From positions 32,001-96,000 of the forward strand of contig CAXXWQ010000002.1 of the NCBI GenBank assembly GCA_963674945.2: a stretch of DNA of 64,000 nucleotides, in the 5' to 3' direction. Position numbers and translations under genes: made by a program. The notes under the pieces are model-generated. The model made no database searches. It saw only the letters and a program-made list of their open reading frames with translations, and was not told where the DNA came from. Numbering within the stretch: the first letter of the stretch is position 1; each line of letters begins with the position of its first letter. This document shows positions 50,964 through 59,465 of this stretch, one piece after another. This DNA is from an uncultured Desulfosarcina sp. GTDB taxonomy: Bacteria > Desulfobacterota > Desulfobacteria > Desulfobacterales > Desulfosarcinaceae.

Positions 50964-50992
50964 AAAAAAGCCCCGGAGAAATTCCGGGGCTT
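50964..50992 (-). terminator. terminator hairpin inside the helicase 5' UTR
   Basis: AAGCCCCGGA-5 nt-TCCGGGGC-TTTTTT on the minus strand, about 27 nt before the start. Confidence 0.75.
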
Positions 50993-51036
50993 ACGTGATT
51001 TTTAGTTACAACCAGGAACACTATTAGTTGCCGATG

Positions 51037-51065
51037 ACTATACAAGGAATAAAATTTGCTGTCAA
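51037..51065 (-). promoter_or_regulatory. sigma70 promoter of the DEAD-box helicase
   Basis: TTGACA-17 nt-TATAGT. Confidence 0.75.
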
Positions 51066-51240
51066 GCGATTTCCATGTATCCATCCAATTGCATTTTTTT
51101 GTAAAATAAGGATTCCATATCAAAGCTATCTTGGATAGGCTATGGTGTGAGTATAGCGTTTTTTGAACAAAAACCTTACTGCATTTTACACTTCTTTGGA
51201 ACAACTGATTGAATTTGCATCATTAATAAGTATTTTAAGA

Positions 51241-51408
51241 ATTTAATTTGCTTTGTGGATGAAAATGGACTACTGTATGAATATTCAATTAAGTCCTGCC
51301 TCTATTCATTTAGCCCTCGGGACAGCTCCTTTCTGAAGGAAGACCTTCATTCGATAAAATGGCGCCCTCCAGTTTGCGACATTGAAAATTATTAAGAAAG
51401 GAGGATGC
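51241..51408 (+). promoter_or_regulatory. second copy (B) of the csp promoter/leader, without a csp ORF
   Basis: Colinear with the reverse complement of 49512-49678, ending in AAGAAAGGAGGATGC. Confidence 0.7.
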
Positions 51409-51453
51409 CCTTTTCTTTTCCAACCGTAAAGAAATAACAGCTAAGGGGGTAAC

Positions 51454-51602
51454 TTGGCAAGATCAAACTATACATTTGCAAAACATCAAAAAGAAATAGA
51501 GAGAAGGAGAAAGAAGAGAAACGAAAACGCAAAATGGACAAGGGCAACACCACTGGGGAAGATATTACAGATACGGCTGACGATGATGGAGAGAGTACAT
51601 AA
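51454..51602 (+). pseudogene. small basic/acidic protein, apparently frameshifted
   Basis: MARSNYTFAKHQKEIER continues in another frame as KEKEEKRKRKMDKG...DDDGEST*; GGGGG RBS. Confidence 0.5.
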
Positions 51603-51679
51603 AGTAACAACCTTGAGAGAGGCATTATGCGTCAAAAATTCTTGATTTCTCGAAATTTAGAAAAAAAGAATTAAGGATA

Positions 51680-52018
51680 ATGGAATATTCCGTTGTTGAC
51701 AAAGACTTGAAAAAAGTGTCATCGGATAGTTTGCGCGAGGATAATTTCTCATTAGTCGGCGAAAAAACATATAAAAGTGATGCTATCCTTGATTCCATAG
51801 CCCGAGGGGATACTGATTTGATTGGAACCCTTCGTACTCATAATATATTTCCTATTAGCACGTATGCTTCTAAAATAGCTAATAAGATCAGAGAACTATA
51901 CGCCCTGTCCAGAGACTTCACTGCAGAACTTTTTTTTGATGATTGTGATTTGATTTCTATCGAACAAGATGTTGATTGGCATCCAGAATTCTTGCCAGCA
52001 TGTTCAATCGATAGGTGA
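51680..52018 (+). CDS. hypothetical protein
   Basis: 112-aa ORF with an AAGGA RBS. Confidence 0.65.
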   Translation: MEYSVVDKDLKKVSSDSLREDNFSLVGEKTYKSDAILDSIARGDTDLIGTLRTHNIFPISTYASKIANKIRELYALSRDFTAELFFDDCDLISIEQDVDWHPEFLPACSIDR

Positions 52019-52244
52019 AACGCACTTTAGGCCATAATGGTCGGCATCGCTTTTCAGTTTGTATCCTCTAATATCCACCTCAACCTTTGTTAATCCTTAA
52101 GAAAAGAATGTGTTCGTTATTCAAAAAAGGATATAACAAATATGGGAGATGCACCTGCCGCCATTGATGAAGCAGATGACTATCTGGGAAGACACAATAT
52201 GACGAAAAAATTGGAATTATTACAGATTAAAGGAATTTGAATTA

Positions 52245-52529
52245 ATGAATATATACATCGGAAATTTATCATTCAACACTACGGAAACCACTTTGAAGTT
52301 CTTATTCGACGAGTATGGCGATGTCGAAAGCGTTAAAGTCATAAAAGACCGCTTCTCCGGTCGATCCAAAGGATTCGGTTTCATCGAAATGCTAAGCAAT
52401 TCGGAGGCGGACAAGGCAATCAAAGCCTTGAACGGAAACCTAATTGATGGCAACAATATTAAAGTCAAGCCGGCGGATCCCGGCGGAAAGCGGCCTAAAA
52501 AACGATCCTTTCGTAGAAGAAATTATTGA
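52245..52529 (+). CDS. RRM RNA-binding protein
   Basis: RNP2 IYIGNL and RNP1 KGFGFIEM; basic tail. Confidence 0.93.
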   Translation: MNIYIGNLSFNTTETTLKFLFDEYGDVESVKVIKDRFSGRSKGFGFIEMLSNSEADKAIKALNGNLIDGNNIKVKPADPGGKRPKKRSFRRRNY

Positions 52530-52663
52530 AGATTGTCGAAGTCGGCCAAACTGCCTTTGTCGCTCTTTTCCTGGTATTGACTCGCGTCTTCGGCGTCCGA
52601 GACCGGGACCGCACATCCGACAAGGCCTCGTGATTGTAGCCTTCACTGACAAGAGAAAATCCA

Positions 52664-54151
52664 ATGACCCAAATGATGCAGGCGCCAAACAAAGGTGTTT
52701 ATCCAACCATTATTCAAGGCGGGATGGGAGCAGGCGTATCCGGTTGGAAGCTGGCCAGGGCCGTCTCCCTGACAGGTCAGTTGGGCGTCGTTTCCGGGAC
52801 TGCCCTGGAGCAAATACTCGTACGAAAACTACAGTTGGGGGATCCGGGCGGTCATCTCAGACGGGCGATGAGTTTTTTCCCCGATTTGGAAATGATCCAA
52901 AGAATCGAGGATGCCTTCTTCTTACCGATGGGAAAACCCAGCGGCGGGCATTTCAAAGCGACACCGATGTTCTCCCTACAGATGCCTCGATTGCTTGAAG
53001 AGCTATCCGTCGTTGCAGCTTTCAGCGAGGTGTATTTAGCCAAGGAGGGGCATGATCGGGCTGTCGGCATCAACCTGCTTAAAAAAATTCAGTTGCCGAA
53101 TATTTTCGCCATTTATGGCGCCATGCTGGCCGATGTCGACTTCATGCTGATGGGGGCGGGCATTTCGAATGAAATACCCGCGGTGATCAATCGCCTGTCC
53201 AGGCATCAGGATGTCTCGCTCAAAATAGACGTTCAAGGCAAAAAGGAGTCGGAAGGATTCCGGCTGAACTTCAGTCCGCGCGCCTTTCTGCAGAAAAAGG
53301 CGCCGGAACTAAAACGTCCCAGGTTTTTCCCCATTATCTCGTCTTCAACCCTGGCCAGAATGATGTTCAAAAAGACGGAGGGGGGCATTGACGGGTTTGT
53401 CGTAGAATCTTCCCAGGCCGGAGGGCACAACGCTCCACCTCGAGGAAAGCTGATTTTGACCCAGGAAGGCGAGCCTGTTTACGGCAAGCGGGATGATATC
53501 GATATTGCGGAAATCAAGGCTCTGGGCCTTCCTTTCTGGCTTGCCGGTGCCTGGGGCACTCCCGAAAAGCTGATCCAGGCATTGTCCGCAGGTGCCGAAG
53601 GCATCCAGGCGGGTACCGTCTTCGCTTTCTGCAAGGAGGCGGGGTTGACGGAACCGTTGAAGCGGCAGGCCATCGAAAGCATCCTGCTCGGAGATGCCTC
53701 GGTTTTTACAGATGCCAAAGCCTCTCCGACGCATTTCCCTTTCAAAGTGTTACGCTTGAAAAACAGCCTGTCCGAACCGTTTGAATATCTGAGCAGAACG
53801 CGTATATGCGATCTAGGGTATTTGCGAGAGATTTATGCCAGGGAGGATGGGAGTATCGGATACCGCTGTCCGGCGGAACCGGTCGATGCCTATTTAAAAA
53901 AGGGAGGGAAGCCGGGAGGCACCGACCAAAAAAAGTGTTTGTGTAATGCGCTGCTTTCAAATATCGGATTGGGGCAACGTCGCCAGGACGGTTATATCGA
54001 AAATGCGTTGATCACCACAGGAAGCGCCATCCTTTCCATTTTCCGACTGCTGCGAAACAAGCGCTCATATTCCGCTACAGATGCGGTGGAATGGCTATTG
54101 GCCGATGCGCAATGCGGTGAAAACCCCGCCGCCTTTCGGAAAACGGCCTGA
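52664..54151 (+). CDS. nitronate monooxygenase/FabK/FabX-family flavoprotein
   Basis: IIQGGMGAGVS, VVE...AGGH, FWLAG and GIQAGT; C-terminal Cys residues (ICDLG, YRCP, CLCN). Confidence 0.85.
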   Translation: MTQMMQAPNKGVYPTIIQGGMGAGVSGWKLARAVSLTGQLGVVSGTALEQILVRKLQLGDPGGHLRRAMSFFPDLEMIQRIEDAFFLPMGKPSGGHFKATPMFSLQMPRLLEELSVVAAFSEVYLAKEGHDRAVGINLLKKIQLPNIFAIYGAMLADVDFMLMGAGISNEIPAVINRLSRHQDVSLKIDVQGKKESEGFRLNFSPRAFLQKKAPELKRPRFFPIISSSTLARMMFKKTEGGIDGFVVESSQAGGHNAPPRGKLILTQEGEPVYGKRDDIDIAEIKALGLPFWLAGAWGTPEKLIQALSAGAEGIQAGTVFAFCKEAGLTEPLKRQAIESILLGDASVFTDAKASPTHFPFKVLRLKNSLSEPFEYLSRTRICDLGYLREIYAREDGSIGYRCPAEPVDAYLKKGGKPGGTDQKKCLCNALLSNIGLGQRRQDGYIENALITTGSAILSIFRLLRNKRSYSATDAVEWLLADAQCGENPAAFRKTA

Positions 54152-54330
54152 CCGATGAGCCTGCCTGCACCGAAAAGCAGCGCAAGGCATCATCGCGGGA
54201 ACGAGCCATACGATAAAATGCCGCTGCACGCAATGGTGGCACGACAGGAAAAAACGGATAGAAATAGGCAGGAAAAAGCTATATACGACAATGCAGCGAG
54301 TATTTTCAGATCTATGAAAGGAAAATTAAA

Positions 54331-54672
54331 TTGAAGCTCTATCTTGGCAATCTATCTTACGATACTACGGAAGAGGACCTGAAATCGACCCTGCAGGAAT
54401 TTGGGCGGGTCGAATCTGTCACCATTATCAACGATAAATTCAGCGGTCGCTCCAAAGGTTTTGGATTTGCGGAAATGGCGTCTCGAGATGAGGCTCATTC
54501 CGCCATCGAAGGCTTGAACGGTAAGGAGTTCAAAGGAAGAACGCTGAAAGTCAACGAAGCCCGTCCCAAATTGGAAAACCGCAGCAGCAGAGGCGGCTAC
54601 GGTGGCCCTAACCGCGGCGGAGGGCGTGGAAGCGACCGGGGAGGCCAGGGGCGCGGTAGAAGAGAATACTAA
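54331..54672 (+). CDS. RRM RNA-binding protein with RGG tail
   Basis: LYLGNL, KGFGFAEM and LKVNEARP; Gly/Arg-rich tail; TTG start. Confidence 0.93.
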   Translation: MKLYLGNLSYDTTEEDLKSTLQEFGRVESVTIINDKFSGRSKGFGFAEMASRDEAHSAIEGLNGKEFKGRTLKVNEARPKLENRSSRGGYGGPNRGGGRGSDRGGQGRGRREY

Positions 54673-54872
54673 GCTGCAGTCGACTGAAATGTGAGTGCCG
54701 ATGGTCACTTCTTGGATGTCTTCGCCCTGCCTCCAGTATTTGTACTACTTTTTACGTTAGTGTTTGGATCAATTTTCGGGGGTCAGGTCACCACTTCCCT
54801 GGGAGTTTCTAACAGTGCTTTGATGTCTTCCATTTTTTCTTTAACGCCAATATAACCTTCCTCAAAAGCCCC

Positions 54873-56325
54873 GTTATTGATAACACTCCTACCATTTGTG
54901 ACTATGTTCTTCAAGATCTCAACAAAGGAAAGGGAAAAAAGCGCAATACCGGAGCCGAGGGTATGAGCGCGGACCAGGTTATCCGAGCGGCAGTTGTGAT
55001 GCGCCTTTATTCCTTCACTTATGAACAACTGGCTTTTCATATCTACGATTCTCGGGCACTGCGGCGTTTTTGTCGGATCGGTTTTGCTGACAAAGGTTTC
55101 GGAAAATCTGCTCTCAATTCGAACATCAAAAGAATTTCCCCGTACACATGGGAACGCATTTCAAGGGACCTGTTGGTCCACACCAAAGACGAAAGCATCG
55201 AGAAAGGGCGAAAGGCTCGCATCGATTGTACCGTGGTTGAAAGCAATATTCATAAACCCTATGACTCAATCCAATTATTCGACTGCGTGCGAGTTTTAAC
55301 CCACTTGCTCTACAAAGCCCGTGATGATTTCGACATCAAGATGATCTTTACCGACCATCTGCGCCGTGCCAAGCGTAGAATGGTCGGCATCCAGTATGCG
55401 AAAACAAAAAAGCAGCGTTTCCATCTGTATAAGGACTTGCTCAAGGTCACCCAAAAAACCATCGGCTACGCTATCAATGCCGAAAAACTTTTGGGATCGC
55501 TTTACCCGACGGATATCCGAATGTTCGAATTGCACAACGACATCAAACATTACGGGGATCTGGCCAGGCAGGTATACGATCAGACCTACCGGCGTGTCAT
55601 TCAAGGCGAAAGCGTACCCGCCGACCAAAAGGTGCTCTCTATCTTCGAAGAACACACCGACGTTATCGTCAAGGACAATCGGGATACCCACTATGGCCAT
55701 AAAATTTGCCTGACCGGTGGCGCCTCCAACTTGATCCTGGATTGTGTGATCCTTGAAGGCAATCCTGCTGATACGGATTTAGTCGCGCAAATGCTGGATC
55801 GTCAAAAACAGATCTACGGCCGGTACCCCTTGAAATTGGCCCTGGATGGCGGATTTGCCTCCAAGGACAATTTGTCGAAAGCCAAAGAGCGAAAAATCAA
55901 GGATGTCTGCTTTGCTAAAAAGCGCGGACTGAAAGAGACGGATATGTGCCGGAGCAAATACATATACAATAAGCTTCGAAGATTCCGAGCCGGCATTGAA
56001 GCCGGAATATCTTGGCTAAAGCGCAGCTTCGGCTTAACACGCTGCACATGGAAAGGGTTCCGTTCTTTCAAATGCTACGTTCTGTCATCGGTTGTTGCCG
56101 CTAATTTACTAACGATGGCCAGAAAGAAATTGGCGCCGGTCTAAAAGGCAACTTCTGGCCGACCGCTGATCAATCCAGCGGATAAGTGGGCCCAAACAAT
56201 GGATTTTATAGTCATAAGACCATAAATACTGAGCTTTATCACTGGAATTACTTCACAACGAAGCATCGGCATTCATTTTTTTTCGCTGAGAAGACAAAAA
56301 TCACCCATTTCTGGATGGGAACTAG
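54873..56325 (+). mobile_element. 5'-truncated ISNCY/IS5-like insertion sequence
   Basis: The transposase frame stays open upstream of the ATG at 54963 with no upstream start codon or left IR seen; candidate right end CATTTCTGGATGGGAACTAG at 56306-56325. Left boundary approximate. Confidence 0.7.
54963..56144 (+). CDS. ISNCY-family DDE transposase (probably N-terminally truncated)
   Basis: RIDCTVVE, YGHK, GNPAD, LDGGF and RFRAGIEAGISWLKR. Confidence 0.85.
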   Translation: MSADQVIRAAVVMRLYSFTYEQLAFHIYDSRALRRFCRIGFADKGFGKSALNSNIKRISPYTWERISRDLLVHTKDESIEKGRKARIDCTVVESNIHKPYDSIQLFDCVRVLTHLLYKARDDFDIKMIFTDHLRRAKRRMVGIQYAKTKKQRFHLYKDLLKVTQKTIGYAINAEKLLGSLYPTDIRMFELHNDIKHYGDLARQVYDQTYRRVIQGESVPADQKVLSIFEEHTDVIVKDNRDTHYGHKICLTGGASNLILDCVILEGNPADTDLVAQMLDRQKQIYGRYPLKLALDGGFASKDNLSKAKERKIKDVCFAKKRGLKETDMCRSKYIYNKLRRFRAGIEAGISWLKRSFGLTRCTWKGFRSFKCYVLSSVVAANLLTMARKKLAPV

Positions 56326-56429
56326 TTTAGGAAATTTCAAGCAGCAAAAGGGCATTTTTTCTATTAGTGGAGACGTACCATTTTACTTTTACAACAGGAA
56401 ATTGCGTGACAAGCAGAACGGAGGCTGAA

Positions 56430-56534
56430 ATGTGCGGAAGATTCGTTGGTTTCAGACAACTTCAAGAGTTAATACAAAACTTAAAAGTGTTCCAGTGTCG
56501 GCCGAGCACTTTGCCAATAGTGCCCAGTTCCTAA
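56430..56534 (+). pseudogene. SRAP (YedK/HMCES) N-terminal remnant
   Basis: GGAGG RBS followed by MCGRFVGFRQLQELI; stops after 34 codons. Confidence 0.6.
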
Positions 56535-56744
56535 TCACGGATTTAACCTCAAGAATATTTTCAGTATTCCTTTACGTACAGGTAATCCAATGTAGTCATT
56601 TATGCGGGAAGCCATCTGACGCTGTAGATGTGGTGAGATCGGCAATCCCAACGGGTCTAAATATTCGATGAAATAATTGAGCCATCGGATTAGAATTTCC
56701 GGGTATTTTTCTTTCAAGAAAATTTGAAACGCTCAGTTTGAATC

Positions 56745-58319
56745 TTACCAGCTTACGGTAACCATGTTTGAGCAAATCGATGTTCCTGCCTCGCATATTT
56801 GGTAGGTTGCAGGGTCTCCGGCGCTGAAGGGCCCATGAATATATGTCCCATCGTTGAACGTAGTGTCAATTTTCGAACTGTCACGGTAGACATCCACAGA
56901 CGTTGAATTTGCGCCGGACCAAGTGAGGTAGGCATATTTAAAATTTCTGATCTTATACGCATAAACAGCAAGATCAATAACTGCATCCTGGCTATACTCG
57001 CCGCTGGTATCGGTCGTCTGATTATCGTTAATTGTTACCGTTTGACTGGTTGGTTTGATCCAGCCGGGTATCGTATTGAACTCCAATAGATGATTGCCAA
57101 CCAAAAGTCCGTTCTGCGTATCTCCACCGCTGTTCCAATCCCCTCCATCCACTCGCCATCTGGCACCTGCTGAAACAGCTTCGGGCGGGTAGATTGTCAC
57201 TTTCAGAGAACCTGTTGCAGGATCTTGGATAACCGTATGTGTCAGGTCGGCAATGGTGATTGCCGCCGTTCGGCTGTCGCCGGTATTGGGCGAAACCGTG
57301 TACGCTACAGTACCATCACCGATACCGCTGGATCCGGAGGTGATCGTCACCCATGTTGCATTCGCCTCAGCATACCACTCGCAACTGGTCGACGATGTAA
57401 AGAGGTAGAAATTGCCGGTTCCACCCCCTGAAATGATCGTGTTGTTGGTGGAAGAAATCGAATAGGTGCAATCGGAGGTGATAAAGATTCTTGTTTCCGA
57501 TTCAGCGCCAATGTTGGCATATAGATCAATCCCCGAGATTTTCCAGTAGTACTCTGTTGATGGTGTCAGCATCGCAGGCGCATAAGTTGAGCCGGGAGTC
57601 GTTTGATCAATGATAATATCATAAAAATCTTCGTCCTTTGCAACCTGCACAATGTACTCCACAGCATTGATGCAAGGCTCCCACTCAAGAGAAGAAGCGT
57701 CCGGATCAACGATATCGCCGTCGTTTGGAGAAATCAGGGCGGGAATAAACCGATAGGCATCGACGCTTACATTCTCGTTGTTTTCACCGGCGATTATCGT
57801 AACTCCGGTTACTTCCCCCCGCCATTTCACGTTGCCGTTCAAATCTTCTGCCAATAACACAAAGGCTCTATCCTCACCTACCGGAATGCCCTTTATCGTG
57901 CCGCCGTGTGCCTCACAGTTCCATGGGCCGCCAGTGACCAGAAATGTGCCGGTTGAGGTATCGTATACATTGCATACAACATACTCGATGCCACTTTCCA
58001 GACAATTTAAAGAAGTTTGCAAAGCCGTCGAATCTTGAAAATACTGCGTGTCATGCCATCGGATGGCCAAGGAAGTCGATCCGGTATCAGAATGCCCTGC
58101 AGTCGAAACACCTTGGACATGACTTCCGCAGCCCCATGGCAGAGAAATGCATAAAAGAAATATCAGAGATGCGCAAAAAAGGTCTCTGGTCGATGTAGGA
58201 AAAAAGTTTCGCGTCTTAGCGCGGCGTTTCTTCCTATTTTCATCCCTCCGGTGAATAGGAAAGATATTGCCGGTACTGAGAATGGCTGCAATACTGCCTG
58301 TGTAGTCCCGATTAACCAT
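56745..58319 (-). CDS. surface lipoprotein-like protein with FN3-like, BACON-like and other beta-sandwich domains
   Basis: Hydrophobic stretch ending LPWGC; YYWKI, WVTITSGSSG.GDGTVAYTV..N and GARWRVDGG segments; start uncertain. Confidence 0.7.
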   Translation of the reverse strand: MVNRDYTGSIAAILSTGNIFPIHRRDENRKKRRAKTRNFFPTSTRDLFCASLIFLLCISLPWGCGSHVQGVSTAGHSDTGSTSLAIRWHDTQYFQDSTALQTSLNCLESGIEYVVCNVYDTSTGTFLVTGGPWNCEAHGGTIKGIPVGEDRAFVLLAEDLNGNVKWRGEVTGVTIIAGENNENVSVDAYRFIPALISPNDGDIVDPDASSLEWEPCINAVEYIVQVAKDEDFYDIIIDQTTPGSTYAPAMLTPSTEYYWKISGIDLYANIGAESETRIFITSDCTYSISSTNNTIISGGGTGNFYLFTSSTSCEWYAEANATWVTITSGSSGIGDGTVAYTVSPNTGDSRTAAITIADLTHTVIQDPATGSLKVTIYPPEAVSAGARWRVDGGDWNSGGDTQNGLLVGNHLLEFNTIPGWIKPTSQTVTINDNQTTDTSGEYSQDAVIDLAVYAYKIRNFKYAYLTWSGANSTSVDVYRDSSKIDTTFNDGTYIHGPFSAGDPATYQICEAGTSICSNMVTVSW

Positions 58320-58365
58320 AGGATACTCCCAACGTAACGTATCAACCGAAATATCAGCAAAAAAA

Positions 58366-58704
58366 TTACCAGGTGATCGAAGCATCTCCCGTCCCGCCAC
58401 CAGCAGCACCATCACCACCACCGCCACCACCTATCGCCAAGGCCGCACAGCCAACGGCAAGTACGCCAAGGCCGATCCATGCCCACTTGCCGAAGCCTTT
58501 TTTCTCCGTCTTTTCAACCTCCGTCGGCGGTATATCTTTTTCCGGCGCGGACAATGCCTCGGGCTCATACCGGGTCTTGGTATCCAACAAATCGGCTTGC
58601 GCATACAACGAAGCCGCATTACAAAACAAGGTGCTACCTGGAAAATTGATCGCGACCATCGACAGAATCACCCAGCCGATGATGCACCTTATCGACATCC
58701 TCAT
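58366..58704 (-). CDS. small exported/membrane protein
   Basis: Signal-like N-terminus, KWAWIGLG TM segment, Gly run and terminal ITW. Confidence 0.65.
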   Translation of the reverse strand: MRMSIRCIIGWVILSMVAINFPGSTLFCNAASLYAQADLLDTKTRYEPEALSAPEKDIPPTEVEKTEKKGFGKWAWIGLGVLAVGCAALAIGGGGGGDGAAGGGTGDASITW

Positions 58705-58728
58705 GGATACACTCCTTTGGTGGTGGTG

Positions 58729-59199
58729 TCAGGGATCGGCATATTCAGCCAACGTAAACGGTCTTGCATCCACTAACTCACCATCGACGTATACGACAAC
58801 CTTCCAATCTCCGGGTATGTCGGCCGCCGGCTCGTAATTGATGGAAATCCGGTGCCAGGCAGTCAGTTTGGGCAGGTATTTCCCCTTGTTTACGGTGATC
58901 GAGTAATCGCTGCTGACCAGATAGATACCGCCATCCGGTGCGATCCATTCCCATCGAATCGTATGGGACCCGGTCACGTCGTCAAGAGAGAGAAAGGCGA
59001 CTACCTGTTTGTCGTTGTTGAAAAAATTGCTGGTTCGCCCTACCGGAACACCGACCGTTCCGGAGGCGTCGACATCTCTCGCCAGCACGATGCCGTTGAA
59101 CTTCGGCAGCGGTGCGTTTTCAACCATCTTTTGGGAGGCACATGAAAGTATGAGTAAAAACACACCAAATCCAATGAATAAATGAATTCGCCTAATCAT
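58729..59199 (-). CDS. hypothetical lipoprotein (Ig-like)
   Basis: Lipobox ILSC; WIAPDG and PGDWKVVVYVDG. Confidence 0.75.
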   Translation of the reverse strand: MIRRIHLFIGFGVFLLILSCASQKMVENAPLPKFNGIVLARDVDASGTVGVPVGRTSNFFNNDKQVVAFLSLDDVTGSHTIRWEWIAPDGGIYLVSSDYSITVNKGKYLPKLTAWHRISINYEPAADIPGDWKVVVYVDGELVDARPFTLAEYADP

Positions 59200-59465
59200 T
59201 TCTGTTTCTTGTTAAAATTAGGGAATAAAAAATAACTGATCATTTAAGCGATAAGCAAAAATCGTGCAAGCTAACGTTAATTTGACTATTTAAATTATAA
59301 TATTGAATAGTTACATAAATCATAGAAGCAGAAAAATGGTATCAAATCAGGAGAAGGAAATACTAATGTGGAGATAAATACATATATTTTATGAACATGA
59401 TTACGTATCTTCAGGTTCGCCTGACCTGTGGCATGGCCAATGACGCTGCAATCGTCCCGATAGGC

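Noticed and set aside
58400..58432. CAC/CAG trinucleotide run
   Set aside because: Encodes the Gly/Ala run of the 112-aa protein; not an independent repeat element.
59254..59269. Sigma54-like site TTGCACGATTTTTGCT upstream of the lipoprotein cluster (minus strand)
   Set aside because: Lacks the invariant GG at -24.
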